Counted from the stretch's first letter, positions 21,884-32,887 are shown. The stretch is 64,000 nt of DNA from Nitrososphaerales archaeon (GCA_965197925.1 CBDAOC010000020.1:416001-480000), one strand, 5' to 3'. Numbers and translations are program-made. The notes: a model not told the origin generated them from the sequence alone.

Positions 21884-22270
21884 TTAATGTATTGATATTG
21901 TGCCACTGCCGCTAATCGGTATGCGTATCTCAAGTTCACCATTTTCATACTTTGCTTTCCCAAGAGCTTCATCGCCTTCCTTGATTTTTATAGGTAAATG
22001 TAACTTTTTTTCAATCTTCAGTGGTCTCTGCTGCCAGTGTGAACTTCCTGTATGCTCTACTATATCTCTTGTTGCACTGATAAGAAGTATGTTCCCATTT
22101 ATTTTTAAAGTAATATTCTTCTTATCAAACCCAGCAAGATCAGCAATAATAACCAGTTCATTGCCATCCTCCACAATATCAATAGGCGGAGAGACAAATT
22201 CGAAGAATTCCCTAGACTTGTTGCTTATATCTTTCATGATCTCTTTAACCACGTATCTTCCCAATCCCAT
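21884..22270 (-). CDS. Small heat-shock protein (Hsp20 family)
   Basis: PPIDIVE, ADLAGF, AKYENGELEIRIP. Confidence 0.9.
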   Translation of the reverse strand: MGLGRYVVKEIMKDISNKSREFFEFVSPPIDIVEDGNELVIIADLAGFDKKNITLKINGNILLISATRDIVEHTGSSHWQQRPLKIEKKLHLPIKIKEGDEALGKAKYENGELEIRIPISGSGTISIH

Positions 22271-22581
22271 AGATTATCTTATTCTTTGCTGCACATACGT
22301 TATAATTTTATCGTTTCCCTCAGGATGAAGAGGTTGAAGCAAAAAAAGCAAGTTGTTGATTCATTTTCAAGGCTTATGGTTTTCTTTCTTAAAGGTTTGT
22401 CTAAGAGTATTGAAATTAACACAGTTTGGACCTGGGAATGATGTCTCCAGGCCCCATTTCTTACATAGTAAATTATATATCATCTTGGTTCGCTAAGATC
22501 AAGAACTGCTAAAGATAGTTAACCTACACTTCTAAACTTTATGACTCGGTATAATTAATACAGTAATGGATACCAAAAGGC

Positions 22582-23064
22582 ATGCGAAGAAAACGATCTA
22601 GAAGAGTGGTAGCAGTTATAGCTATTGCAGTTATTATAGGCATGGTAATGGTATTTTCATATTTTGGTGTGGAAGCTGCAAAGAACGTAGATGTTTCACT
22701 ACAAGATTCTACGGTTTTATCTAAAGATGATCATCATACTATATATGATGTCACTGTTCAATTTAGGAATACCAGTATTATACCCCTAATTGTGGGTGAC
22801 ACAATTTACAACATTAATGTAGATGGAGATGTTCTTGGAAGAGGGATGATAAAATCGTTCATGATCGGATCATACGACACTATTCTGGTAAATTCTGAAT
22901 TCAAGGCTAACAATATCGTTCTAGATCGTTTTAGTGATGATATTGGGTTCGAGGAGACATATCTTATTGGTACAACGAACTACGATTTGTACTTCACTGT
23001 ATTCGATGTATCATTCAACCACAATCCGACTGAGGATCAGTTAAAGAAATTTGTCTACAAGTAG
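22582..23064 (+). CDS. Membrane-anchored LEA-2/WHy-like domain protein
   Basis: Basic N-terminus plus one TM helix; N.S..PL....Y.I..DG..LG.G pattern. Confidence 0.65.
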   Translation: MRRKRSRRVVAVIAIAVIIGMVMVFSYFGVEAAKNVDVSLQDSTVLSKDDHHTIYDVTVQFRNTSIIPLIVGDTIYNINVDGDVLGRGMIKSFMIGSYDTILVNSEFKANNIVLDRFSDDIGFEETYLIGTTNYDLYFTVFDVSFNHNPTEDQLKKFVYK

Positions 23065-23096
23065 AAGTTTTTATTTCCCCATAAATTAAAGATCAT

Positions 23097-23956
23097 ATGC
23101 TAAAAGAAATAATCAAAAAATCATACTTAGTGACGGATACGGAATTTTCTTTTTTAATCAAAAATGTGTATTCAACGCAAAGGCGGGAGAAAAGTGAGGG
23201 TCTTATAGGTGATTCAGTAGTGAAGGATGGACTTGTTAGGGTCAAACAGGGACGAAAGTTAATACTTGTGGGCGATCTGCATGGCGATATGCAAACTTTA
23301 GCCGCAATACTGCAGAAGAGCGGTTTTTGAACGATTTTTCAAACAAAATAATATTCTTAGGTGATTATAGAGATAGAGGAGTTGAGTCTGTTGAAGTGTG
23401 TTGTGTAATACTTTTCCTGAAAGAAAAATATCCTGATCGAGTGATTCTCATGCGAGGTAACCATGAAGGTCCATACAGCATGCCATTTCACCCTCACGAT
23501 CTTCCAGATCAGTTCAAGAAGAAATTTGGTAAAACTGGTCAATTGTTGTATAGAGAGCTACACTCTTCGTTTGGCCTAATGTATAATGGGGTTATTCTTG
23601 AGAATTCATATATTATATTACACGGCGGTGTGCCAACGAATTTTAAAACTTTAACTGATGTAGAGACGGCAGACAAGACAAATGAAGAAACGCGGTACTT
23701 GGAAGAAATAGTATGGAATGATCCTAGAGAAATAGAAGGTTCACAGCTCTCTGGTAGGGGATATGGTAAATATTTCGGTAAGGATATAACAGAAAGGGCC
23801 TTGGAAATATTTAATGGGAAGGCGTTAATAAGAGCACATGAGGTATGCAATGGATTTAAGGTCAACCATGAGGGAATGGTCCTTACTATATTTTCAAGCA
23901 AGGCGCCATACAGGAACAAAAATGCCGCTTATCTGGTAATTGACAAGAATAGTTAA
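23097..23956 (+). pseudogene. PPP-family metallophosphoesterase (Ser/Thr phosphatase-like), frameshifted
   Basis: GDLHG in ORF1; GDYRDRG, RGNHE, HGG, RAHE in ORF2; break at a T-run near 23325; C-terminus also appears truncated. Confidence 0.85.
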
Positions 23957-24025
23957 AACTTTAATGCTGAAGAATTGTAGAAAAAAGCAGAATTAATCTG
24001 AAAGTATTATGGAGGGTTTGGAGAG

Positions 24026-24613
24026 ATGTTGATTGTAATAGAAGGAAGCGATAAAGCTGGGAAAGCTACACAGACACAGTTGCTTAAGGAAGATTTGGAA
24101 ATGCAGGGTATGAGCGTAGGTACCCTCGCATTTCCGGTTTACACTACTAGGATAGGGAAAGAGATTAAAGCGTTTTTGAGTGGTGAGAGAGAATATCAGG
24201 GGCAAATCAAGCATATGCTATTATCCGCAAATAGATGGGAGAAGAAGGTTGAGATAGAAAGAATGTTGAAGGAAAAAAATCATGTCATATTGAACAGGTA
24301 CTATCAGTCGAACTTGGTGTATGGCTTGGCAAGCAGTTTAAGATTGGAATGGTTATTTTCACTGGATGAAGGTTTGCCCAAGGAAGATATTGTCATAGTG
24401 TTAGATGTTGTCGCAGAAGTTTCCAAACGCAGGATAGCACAGAGAGGAGATATTTTTGAGATGGATGACATTATGATGCAGGGTGTATCAACATTATATA
24501 GAGAGCTCGCTGTTAGATATGGATGGATTTTGGTTAATGGTGACAGAGGTAGGGAGGATATTCATAAGGAAATAATGCGAATTGTAGAATATGAAATAAA
24601 ACAAAAACATTAA
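24026..24613 (+). CDS. tmk: Thymidylate kinase
   Basis: IEGSDKAGKATQ P-loop, LNRYYQSNLVY. Confidence 0.92.
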   Translation: MLIVIEGSDKAGKATQTQLLKEDLEMQGMSVGTLAFPVYTTRIGKEIKAFLSGEREYQGQIKHMLLSANRWEKKVEIERMLKEKNHVILNRYYQSNLVYGLASSLRLEWLFSLDEGLPKEDIVIVLDVVAEVSKRRIAQRGDIFEMDDIMMQGVSTLYRELAVRYGWILVNGDRGREDIHKEIMRIVEYEIKQKH

Positions 24614-24638
24614 GACCATATGTTACTGATTTAATGGT

Positions 24639-25931
24639 ATGGTATTCACTTCTGTAAGTGAAATAAGTGATCCTATTCATGGTTATGTCTATTTATCCGA
24701 AGTTGAGCGCGATGTCATTGATACACGTATTTTTCAGCGTCTACGTAGAATAAGGCAGCTTGCAGGGGCTCACTTAACCTATCCAGCCGCACAGCATTCC
24801 AGATTTGAACATTCATTGGGAACAATGCACCTTGCCGGGCTCGCTGGAAATGTGTTGTTAAACAAAGGATACCTGGGTGAAGATAAGATTCAGATTCTCA
24901 GGCTTGCAGGCTTGTTACATGATGTTGGTCATGGACCCTTCTCACATTTATTCGAAGAAGTGTTGGTAGAAAGCACTAATACAACTCACGAAGATATTGG
25001 AAAGAAAATAGTACGACAAACAGAAATTAGGGACATTCTTGGTAGACATGGTTTTGATGCAAATTCAATCTCCATGCTTTCTTTTGGGGAATCTAAGATA
25101 TCTTTTTTTAACGAAATAATTGCTGGTGGGCTTAGTGCGGATATTATGGACTACCTAAAAAGAGATTCTTACTTTACGGGTACAGAATATGGAAAGATAG
25201 ACGCAGAACGTATAATAAGTGCCTTTGAAGTTCATAATAACAAGTTAGCAATTGATAAAGCCGCTTTATATTCATTTGAGTCAATGATGATATCTAGATA
25301 TGAAATGTTCAAAGCGGTTTACTTTCATAAGACTGTGCGATCAGCAGAAGTAATGATGCTACGTTCCATGATACTCGCGGAAGATGAATTACATCTTACT
25401 GATATTTCGTTGGACAAATATGTTGAACTTACGGATGATGCTACAATGGTTCAATTGATTGCATTGGAATCAAAGGACGGACCGTTGAAGTTTGCAGCGA
25501 AACTAGCCAGAGATTACAGAGATAGGAAATTGTTGAAATGTGTCTACGAAAAAATTTTGCGTAAAAGCGACAACATAGTTAGAAACGTACTAAACAAAAA
25601 ATTGCTGAAGAATATAAGTGAAGAAATTGCGGACAGTGCAGGGGTGGATCCAAACCATGTTTACATTGATGCCTCGAAGACACCCTCTGTACCGTTAACA
25701 CCTACAAAAGAAGAGCCCGATGTGGTAGTGTTAGTAGCCAAAGATGTTAATGGAAAGAAGATTAACCATATCTTACCGATTAACGAAATCCCGTTGATAA
25801 GCTCTATTTCGGGTTTCATGGATATGATAAGAGTTTATACGACAAATGAAAGTAGGGTTAAAGTGGAAGAAGATGTGAAAAAGGTTTTAGGCACAGGTAT
25901 GGAATCATGGTATGAAAAAGTCAGTATGTAA
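24639..25931 (+). CDS. HD-domain dNTP triphosphohydrolase (SAMHD1-like)
   Basis: DPIHG, FQRLRRIRQL, HSRFEHSLG, LHDVGHGPFSH, DYLKRDS, VYFHK. Confidence 0.92.
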   Translation: MVFTSVSEISDPIHGYVYLSEVERDVIDTRIFQRLRRIRQLAGAHLTYPAAQHSRFEHSLGTMHLAGLAGNVLLNKGYLGEDKIQILRLAGLLHDVGHGPFSHLFEEVLVESTNTTHEDIGKKIVRQTEIRDILGRHGFDANSISMLSFGESKISFFNEIIAGGLSADIMDYLKRDSYFTGTEYGKIDAERIISAFEVHNNKLAIDKAALYSFESMMISRYEMFKAVYFHKTVRSAEVMMLRSMILAEDELHLTDISLDKYVELTDDATMVQLIALESKDGPLKFAAKLARDYRDRKLLKCVYEKILRKSDNIVRNVLNKKLLKNISEEIADSAGVDPNHVYIDASKTPSVPLTPTKEEPDVVVLVAKDVNGKKINHILPINEIPLISSISGFMDMIRVYTTNESRVKVEEDVKKVLGTGMESWYEKVSM

Positions 25932-25944
25932 TAGGGTTTTTAGA

Positions 25945-26622
25945 ATGAAAAAGCGCATTGTAATTAAATTAAGTGGGCGTGTATTCAATCAAACTGCAAA
26001 CAAGAAATCATTGGGGAGTTATGCAAGAATGCTGAAATCAGTCAGCAAAAAAATACAGCCTATTGTTATAGCTGGTGGTGGAACTATTGCAAGACACTAT
26101 ATTAATATTGCACGTGAACTAGGTGCCGACGAAGCTAGTTTAGATGAATTAGGTATTGAAGTATCGAGGTTAAACGCACAACTGCTTGTACATGCATTGG
26201 GTAATGCTGCTTATGCACATATTCCGAAAAATTTACATGATGTTCTTGTGGCTGTGGAAACTGGTAAGATAGTGATTGCAGGTGGATTACATCCAGGTCA
26301 GAGTACAAATGCAACATCTGCACAGATAGCTGAGAAGATTGAAGCTAGCATGTTCATCAATGCGACTGATGTGGATGGTATCTATAATACAGACCCCAAC
26401 AAACAAAATGATGCAAAGCTATTCCGGTCAATAACTGTGAATAAATTGCGAAATATAATTGCTGAAGAAAGTACAATGGCCGGAGAATACGATTTAATGG
26501 ATATAGTTGCATTGAAAGTTATTGAAAGATCTAAAATAAATACAAGAGTAGTAAAATCAGAACCAAATGTCATAAAACTTGCCCTTGGAGGAGTGAATGT
26601 TGGTACTAATATAATTACTTGA
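25945..26622 (+). CDS. pyrH: Uridylate kinase
   Basis: IVIKLSG, GGGTIAR, PGQSTNA, TDVDGIY; start moved to 25945. Confidence 0.92.
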   Translation: MKKRIVIKLSGRVFNQTANKKSLGSYARMLKSVSKKIQPIVIAGGGTIARHYINIARELGADEASLDELGIEVSRLNAQLLVHALGNAAYAHIPKNLHDVLVAVETGKIVIAGGLHPGQSTNATSAQIAEKIEASMFINATDVDGIYNTDPNKQNDAKLFRSITVNKLRNIIAEESTMAGEYDLMDIVALKVIERSKINTRVVKSEPNVIKLALGGVNVGTNIIT

Positions 26623-26935
26623 CAGGTTTCATTTTTTCCTTGAATTCCTTGAAACCGTCGTTCAGCATTTTTTCAAAAATTTTCTTTGCACTTTCTGTCT
26701 GTAGTGGTTTTGTTTGTGCTTTAGCATAGCCATCAGAATCACATATTACAACTAGTATATTGCCTTCTTCACCTTCTTCCATAGCTATTAGATCTTCTTC
26801 ACCAACTGGTTCAAACCCATGGGTTACCTCTTTCACTGTTTTTGTGAGGAATGCAAAACCGGAATATTCAAAAAGTTTATGCTGTGCCTTTCTTGCTCTC
26901 TGTTGTCCCATCATCACTGCTTTGTAATATTGCAT
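26615..26935 (-). CDS. Hypothetical protein
   Basis: Compact 106 aa ORF with protein-like composition between divergent/convergent genes. Confidence 0.7.
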   Translation of the reverse strand: MQYYKAVMMGQQRARKAQHKLFEYSGFAFLTKTVKEVTHGFEPVGEEDLIAMEEGEEGNILVVICDSDGYAKAQTKPLQTESAKKIFEKMLNDGFKEFKEKMKPVK

Positions 26936-26982
26936 ACGATCAATTCACACCCACTATGTAAAAGCCTTTTTCACATTGCCAT

Positions 26983-27546
26983 GTGAAAACTTTAAAAGGT
27001 AAAATGAAATCTAATCAAAATGTGCTTAACAAGGGCATTATCGTTTCCATAGCTGGTGGTGCGGCTGTTATTATAGTATTTGTGGTGATGATTTACACAG
27101 GTCTATTACATTTGCCTTCTCAAAATCAACAAACTTTTGTAATTAAGGATGTCATATTAGATTTAAGAGGAGTTACCATTGTTTTGGCAGATGAAGAGAA
27201 AATTCTAATCGAGGTAGCTTTTGATGCTTTCAACCCCAATAGAAGCTCTGTTGTTCTGGAGTCAATACAGTATAAATTATATGCAGATGGAATAACAGTA
27301 GCAGGCTCAGAAATAGGTGAAAGAGCAGAAGGTTTCTTAACGGGAACTGGTAAGACTTTTACTATGTACGGTGAGTTTTCCTTCGCTCTTAAGGACAAAG
27401 TTGAAGTAAAAAAAACTGAATTGCTTATCCCGTTATGGAACGATCTTCGAAACAACGATGTTCAATGGCGTGTTAGCGGCACATTCTTCGTTACTGATCC
27501 AATAAGAGTCGGTGGAAAGGATTTAGACTTTGATTTTGTAACGTAA
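26983..27546 (+). CDS. Membrane-anchored LEA-2-like protein
   Basis: One N-terminal TM helix; FNPN..V.LE.I.Y.LYADG motif. Confidence 0.7.
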   Translation: MKTLKGKMKSNQNVLNKGIIVSIAGGAAVIIVFVVMIYTGLLHLPSQNQQTFVIKDVILDLRGVTIVLADEEKILIEVAFDAFNPNRSSVVLESIQYKLYADGITVAGSEIGERAEGFLTGTGKTFTMYGEFSFALKDKVEVKKTELLIPLWNDLRNNDVQWRVSGTFFVTDPIRVGGKDLDFDFVT

Positions 27547-27550
27547 TTTA

Positions 27551-28204
27551 TTATCTACTCTTCTCGAATCCCAGCAATCTTTCCAGTGTTAAATTAGAGT
27601 ACTTTTTTTGTTCTATGTAGCATCTGCCATAGTACGGACATGTTAGACAGGTTTTTGAGGGTTCAAGTATGGGTATTTTTTCATCCTTAAGAAGTGTGCT
27701 GAATACCCTAGCTCTCCTTAGAGTTTCCTCAAACATCTGCTTGTCCTTAGTGAATGCAAATTCTACCGACTTGCCACCATTAGTTAAATAAACAACTATA
27801 CCCTCCATCTTGTCAAAAATCCAAATAACTGCATTTAAATTCAAAAGATCTTTAGGATAAGGTCTCTTCGGCAATTTACTTACTATCTCAAATATAATTA
27901 CTATATCATCAACAATTGTATCTGCATAGCCCTCCAGTGAAAGGTCTGAATCTATATAATAGTGTGTTTTTACGCCACTTTTGATTGACTTTCGAATACC
28001 ATTATTGATTATTATAGAGACTTTTTGCCTGCTGGTTGGATGAAGGGGGTTCTTTCTATCATAGTACGCCCTGCGAAGGCAAGTTATAACTTCCTTTAAA
28101 TGCAACCTTCCGTAATTGGTTTTATCTATTTGTGAATTAAGATCGTGGTAAATATCATCCATTGTCTGAAGTATTATATCCTTCAGATTCCTGTCTCCTA
28201 GCAT
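27551..28204 (-). CDS. Solo Cas4-like/PD-(D/E)XK Fe-S protein, catalytic motifs degenerate
   Basis: N-terminal CLRRAYY cysteine plus C-terminal CxxCPYxxxC; GYAD motif II; no CRISPR array or cas1 in the window. Confidence 0.75.
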   Translation of the reverse strand: MLGDRNLKDIILQTMDDIYHDLNSQIDKTNYGRLHLKEVITCLRRAYYDRKNPLHPTSRQKVSIIINNGIRKSIKSGVKTHYYIDSDLSLEGYADTIVDDIVIIFEIVSKLPKRPYPKDLLNLNAVIWIFDKMEGIVVYLTNGGKSVEFAFTKDKQMFEETLRRARVFSTLLKDEKIPILEPSKTCLTCPYYGRCYIEQKKYSNLTLERLLGFEKSR

Positions 28205-28484
28205 GCTTCCAATATGTGATTTTATTTAATTAATATTGTGCATGCCAGGTTCAGGTCAAATATACTTTATGAAATATACTTTATGATTAAGAGTTATTAT
28301 GCCTCTAAATTATTTGAGGTGCTGGAGGAACTAAAATTTGCCTTCTAATTGTTAATATTTCATTCTACAAACTTCCTTTCGGGGTAACAAGAGGTTCAAA
28401 GACAGTATAATCCTATCAGAGCATAAAGCTTTCAGAATCCAAAATGTTATCCTTATGATAGATTGAAATTAACAACACTCCGAA

Positions 28485-29117
28485 TCATTCAAACATACGT
28501 CTGACATCGCCCTCAAGAACACCAGTTCCACCATGTATTCGATCTATATGTTTTGAAAGTGCCTCTTTATCATCAAATGGTAAGTTGCAGTATGGACATG
28601 AAAGTTTGGCTTGACTCACATCTTTGACGATTGTAATAGCCTTTGGATTAATTATACAAACAGGGGTTCTACTTATAGCTGTTGCAGCTGCTGAGAGTGT
28701 GGCTCTGTGAATCTGTTCGAATATACTATCTCTAGAAATAATACCTATAACTGAAGAAGCAAAACTAATGACCACTTGCCTAACTACATGTTTATCCATG
28801 ATCACCAACGCTTCACCTACAGTAGATTTTGGAGGGAGTGTTATCACCGGAGATGACATTATTTCTCGGAGCTTAATTTTAGCAGGGTTCTTGGCTTGTG
28901 CCATTACCTTAAACAGTACATCTGTCTTGCTAACTATACCAATGGCCTCACCAGAATGAGTAACCAACACGCTTCTAGCGTGCTTTTCCTTCATTCCAGT
29001 AATTGCATCAGACGCAGTTTTGTCACTCTCTAACATTAGAATATCTGTGCTGAGAATATTTTCTAAGGGATTATTCAATACATCATTTATGTTCATTTGT
29101 TCGTTCATCATAAACAA
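28485..29117 (-). CDS. CBS-pair protein with C2H2 zinc finger
   Basis: Two CBS repeats (GIVSKTD, IMSSPVIT); CPYC..LSKHIDRIH. Confidence 0.88.
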   Translation of the reverse strand: MFMMNEQMNINDVLNNPLENILSTDILMLESDKTASDAITGMKEKHARSVLVTHSGEAIGIVSKTDVLFKVMAQAKNPAKIKLREIMSSPVITLPPKSTVGEALVIMDKHVVRQVVISFASSVIGIISRDSIFEQIHRATLSAAATAISRTPVCIINPKAITIVKDVSQAKLSCPYCNLPFDDKEALSKHIDRIHGGTGVLEGDVRRMFE

Positions 29118-29152
29118 TTAAGCCTCTAGATTATTTAAATTTGATTTTCAAT

Positions 29153-29701
29153 TCATCCATTATCAGACTTAGACATGAGATAGAATGCGTGTGAACTAAT
29201 AACAGCAGCGGATAGAAACATCTTAGTTGCAAAAACAAGACTCCAAGGAGTTTTTGGATTTGGATAAGGAACATTCAAAATATCCATCCGGAATATCCCA
29301 CTTAGTGCATCTACAGTTATTAGAGCATTCCATACGAAAAAATTGTAAAATAGTTCATAGAATGTTATAATTGCAAATGCAAGTGCAATCAGGCGGAGTA
29401 TTGACTTCTTGCCCTTAGAAAGGTTTTCAGTTTTGCTTCTTCCAAGTCTAATTACGCAAAACCAACCAACCACCGATGATACCATAAGATATGAAACTAG
29501 CTTTGCAAAATTAGGCATGGGAAATTCCGTATCCACCAGAACCTCACCTATCACAACTCTCCCAGTAATCAAATATTCTCTTACACTTTCTGCTGAAGCA
29601 TATCCTGTTACAATAATCATTATCGTGGCACAAACATAAAACACAATCTTGTAGACTAGTATGCTGTTTTTTTCATCTCTTTCAACATTGGTTGACTTCA
29701 T
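29153..29701 (-). CDS. Hypothetical integral membrane protein
   Basis: About four hydrophobic segments; YELFYNF..W and PWSLVFATK. Confidence 0.75.
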   Translation of the reverse strand: MKSTNVERDEKNSILVYKIVFYVCATIMIIVTGYASAESVREYLITGRVVIGEVLVDTEFPMPNFAKLVSYLMVSSVVGWFCVIRLGRSKTENLSKGKKSILRLIALAFAIITFYELFYNFFVWNALITVDALSGIFRMDILNVPYPNPKTPWSLVFATKMFLSAAVISSHAFYLMSKSDNG

Positions 29702-30412
29702 CCCTTATCAAAGGCCGCTCCAAAATATAAAATTTTCAACACGTTCTCAAGGGAAAGAGATTTAATTTTTTCCTTAAATTACTTGCCGTGAATATATACA
29801 AAATTATTAAATCTCTGGGGTTTCACCTTATTGTAATGATAGAGGTTATCAGTTTCATCATGAGACTATCTATCAACTATTGTTCTTTTAAAAGTTAGAA
29901 ACTGGAAGGAGTTGGGAATTAATGAACATGCGCTTATATCTCATCTTACTGCTAGCTCAGAGACTACATGTCCATTGATGATCCAAGTTCTAACTCAGAC
30001 AAACCAATTCCTAAAGTAGCTCTTGATTAAAACAACCGCTATAACAAAGAAAATACTAAATACCTAAACAATGTTTAGAAAGAATGTATAATAGTATCCG
30101 TAGAAATCTACTGATATTTAATCTCTAATGCTGACAAATTCGTTTGCGATCTAATCGTAAGATATGCAATTGCGAAAGAGCAATATCAGGTAAATGAAGG
30201 AGAAATACCTTTTCCTCAGCAAGGGGGGGAATCGTGGGTCCAGATACTAGCAAGTGATATGTTTATTTTCTTTTTCAAGCCCGTTCGCACGGGAGTTAAT
30301 GAAGACAAAAAACTTCGTAATTGTTAGTAAATTATTCTTGGCAGAGCGCAAAGGTTAACAAAGGCTCTTGTCAATAGGAACCTTGAGCCAATATTGTTGC
30401 TTGGTGATTAGA

Positions 30413-31507
30413 ATGAAAAAGATTCCAATAAACAAACCCTATTTCGACAAAAGAGAGTTAAACGAAGTGAGGAAGGTTATGGAAACAGGTAATCTGACAA
30501 ACGCTACTTTCAAGGGCGGCGTTAGAGTAAGAGAAGTAGAAGCGTTGCTCTACAAGTTTGTTGGTACTAGACATGCCGCGACACTAAATTCAGGCACCGC
30601 CGCATTGCATGCAGCACTTCTTGCTCTAGGAATATGCAAGGGTGACGAGGTTCTCCTCCCATCTTTAACATTTTTAGCTACCGCTAATGCTGTAGTTGCA
30701 ACAGGCGCGACTCCAGTTTTTGTGGATATCAAGAAGGAGGATTACACAATGGATCCAGAAGATCTGGAGGAAAAAATTACCAACAGATCTAAGGCCGTGA
30801 TCCCCGTTCATCTATATGGGCACGTAGTAGATATGAGACGTATAAAAGGTATTTCAAACAAGCATTCATTATATGTTATTGAAGATGCATGCCAATCATT
30901 AGGCTCGACTTTTAAGGGAAAACAAACAGGTTCCCTGGGTGACATCGGCTGCTTCAGCTTCTATGCTGGTAAGGTGATCACAAGCGGTGAAGGTGGTGCA
31001 ATTGCAACAAATAAAGAGGAATTGGCGGTCAGAATAAAAATGATTAGGAATCATGGAATGCTAGAAGGATACGATACAAGGATTTTTGGTCTTAATATGC
31101 GGATGACGGAAATATGTGCGGCAATAGCAAAGGTTCAGATGAGGAAAATCAAAAAAATTCTACAGCTAAGAAGGAAGAATGCCGATTTATTAACAAAATT
31201 ACTTTCAGGCCTAGATATTTATTTACCAAAGGAACGTGATGGTTCAACTTTTAACTGGTACCTCTATACTGTTGGTTTCAAGAACAGAGACGTTATTATG
31301 AAGAAACTTAACTCGATTGGAATTGGAGCAACTGCTTATTATAAGACCCCTATTCATCGAACCCCATTCTATTCAATGTATATCTCGAGCGTACCTAATA
31401 CTGAATGGGCTGCTGATCACGTGCTATCTCTTCCAATCCACCCACTTGTTAGCACAGCTGACCTTATCTATGTTGCAGACAACATACGAAGAATATTCAG
31501 CAAATAA
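30413..31507 (+). CDS. DegT/DnrJ/EryC1/StrS PLP sugar aminotransferase
   Basis: NSGTAAL, PVHLYG, IEDACQ, FSFYAGKVITSGEGG. Confidence 0.93.
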   Translation: MKKIPINKPYFDKRELNEVRKVMETGNLTNATFKGGVRVREVEALLYKFVGTRHAATLNSGTAALHAALLALGICKGDEVLLPSLTFLATANAVVATGATPVFVDIKKEDYTMDPEDLEEKITNRSKAVIPVHLYGHVVDMRRIKGISNKHSLYVIEDACQSLGSTFKGKQTGSLGDIGCFSFYAGKVITSGEGGAIATNKEELAVRIKMIRNHGMLEGYDTRIFGLNMRMTEICAAIAKVQMRKIKKILQLRRKNADLLTKLLSGLDIYLPKERDGSTFNWYLYTVGFKNRDVIMKKLNSIGIGATAYYKTPIHRTPFYSMYISSVPNTEWAADHVLSLPIHPLVSTADLIYVADNIRRIFSK

Positions 31508-31633
31508 ATATCCTTTAATTCATACAGTAAGAAATTGAATTCTTATTTCACATTGAGGACTTCATATGATCATCAAGACACGTTTACATCGTATACATAA
31601 ACCTTAATAATATCGCTAGCGAGGTATAACTCC

Positions 31634-32809
31634 ATGAGACTAATACTGTACACTGGAAAAGGAGGAACAGGTAAGACCGTTACCTCCTGCGCCACAGCGT
31701 TGAAGTGTGCGAAGAGTCGATATGAGACGTTGATTATATCAGCTGATCCAGCACACACAATTAGCGATGCCTACACTCAAAATATAGGCGATGAAGTTAC
31801 GCATGTACGGGATCATTTAGACGCATTGCAGATAGACCCTGTGAATGAGATGAGCAAGAAATTCCACCAATTGTTATCATACATGGCATCACTCTTTTCG
31901 TCCAAAGGCATTGATGAAACTCTTGCTTACGAAATTGCGATGCTTCCAGGTATGACGCAACTGTTTTCATTACTAAAGATTGAAGAAATTAATGAGATGA
32001 AGACTTATGAAGTTGTTGTGCTTGACATGATGGCATCGGGCGAAGCATTGCGCTATCTGTACTTTCCAAAACTAATAGGCAGTTTGAATAAACGACTCAT
32101 GAATTTGGCGGGGTTGTTTAGTGGTGTAGGTAGGATATTCGAGTCAATTGCAAGAATACCAGCCCCAAGTTCTGCAATACTTAAGCTAGAAGTTGAACTT
32201 GTCGAAAAGCTTGAGAGGCTAGCTGACATCATAAAGGACCATAAGGTAACAACGATTAGGTTAGTTGCAAACCCAGACACTTTTAGCATAGAGAACGCAA
32301 AGCGTGCATTCATGTCAGCAAATCTATTTGGAATTAATGTTGATATGGCAGTAATAAACAGAATAATGCCCAAGGTTGACAATCCTTATTTTTCCAAATG
32401 GGCAGATTTCCAAGCAGAAAAGGTAAGGGAAGCAGAAGCAAACTTTTATCCACTTCCTGTGAAGAAACTTAGGCTATTTGAAAGTGAGTTGAAGGGAATT
32501 GAGATGCTAGAAAGATATAGCGATGAACTGTTTGAAAGTGAAGAACCTACACATATTTTCTATAAAGGTGAACCATTTAACTTCGAAGTAGTGGACCAAA
32601 CTTTCAAAATGAAAGTGAAAGTACCATTTACGGAAAAGGATGATTTTGATATAGAGCGATTTGGCGATCAAATAACAATAAAGGTTAGAAATGAGGTGGG
32701 TCAGCTGGTTAATATAATTCCCCTTCCCGCTGCCACTATGGGAATGAAGATATCTAAAGCAAAGCTCATGGGAGATCAACTGAATATACTGTTTGAGAAA
32801 GCAGTATGA
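31634..32809 (+). CDS. ArsA/GET3 family ATPase with C-terminal HSP20-like domain
   Basis: GKGGTGKT, SADPAH; beta-rich ~75 aa C-terminal extension. Confidence 0.9.
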   Translation: MRLILYTGKGGTGKTVTSCATALKCAKSRYETLIISADPAHTISDAYTQNIGDEVTHVRDHLDALQIDPVNEMSKKFHQLLSYMASLFSSKGIDETLAYEIAMLPGMTQLFSLLKIEEINEMKTYEVVVLDMMASGEALRYLYFPKLIGSLNKRLMNLAGLFSGVGRIFESIARIPAPSSAILKLEVELVEKLERLADIIKDHKVTTIRLVANPDTFSIENAKRAFMSANLFGINVDMAVINRIMPKVDNPYFSKWADFQAEKVREAEANFYPLPVKKLRLFESELKGIEMLERYSDELFESEEPTHIFYKGEPFNFEVVDQTFKMKVKVPFTEKDDFDIERFGDQITIKVRNEVGQLVNIIPLPAATMGMKISKAKLMGDQLNILFEKAV

Positions 32810-32887
32810 TCACTCGACCTTTATTTTTTCTTTGTTAATTTTAATCTCCCTTTCCATAAGCTCTACATATTTTTCTACGTAATTATC

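Noticed and set aside
22426..22456. Hairpin CCTGGGA..TCTCCAGG with an ATGATG loop as a C/D or K-loop RNA
   Set aside because: Incomplete C box, no D box; a single short hairpin is not enough evidence.
27551..28500. CRISPR-Cas locus around the Cas4-like gene
   Set aside because: No repeat-spacer array or other cas genes; only a 14-bp tandem duplication near 28258-28286.
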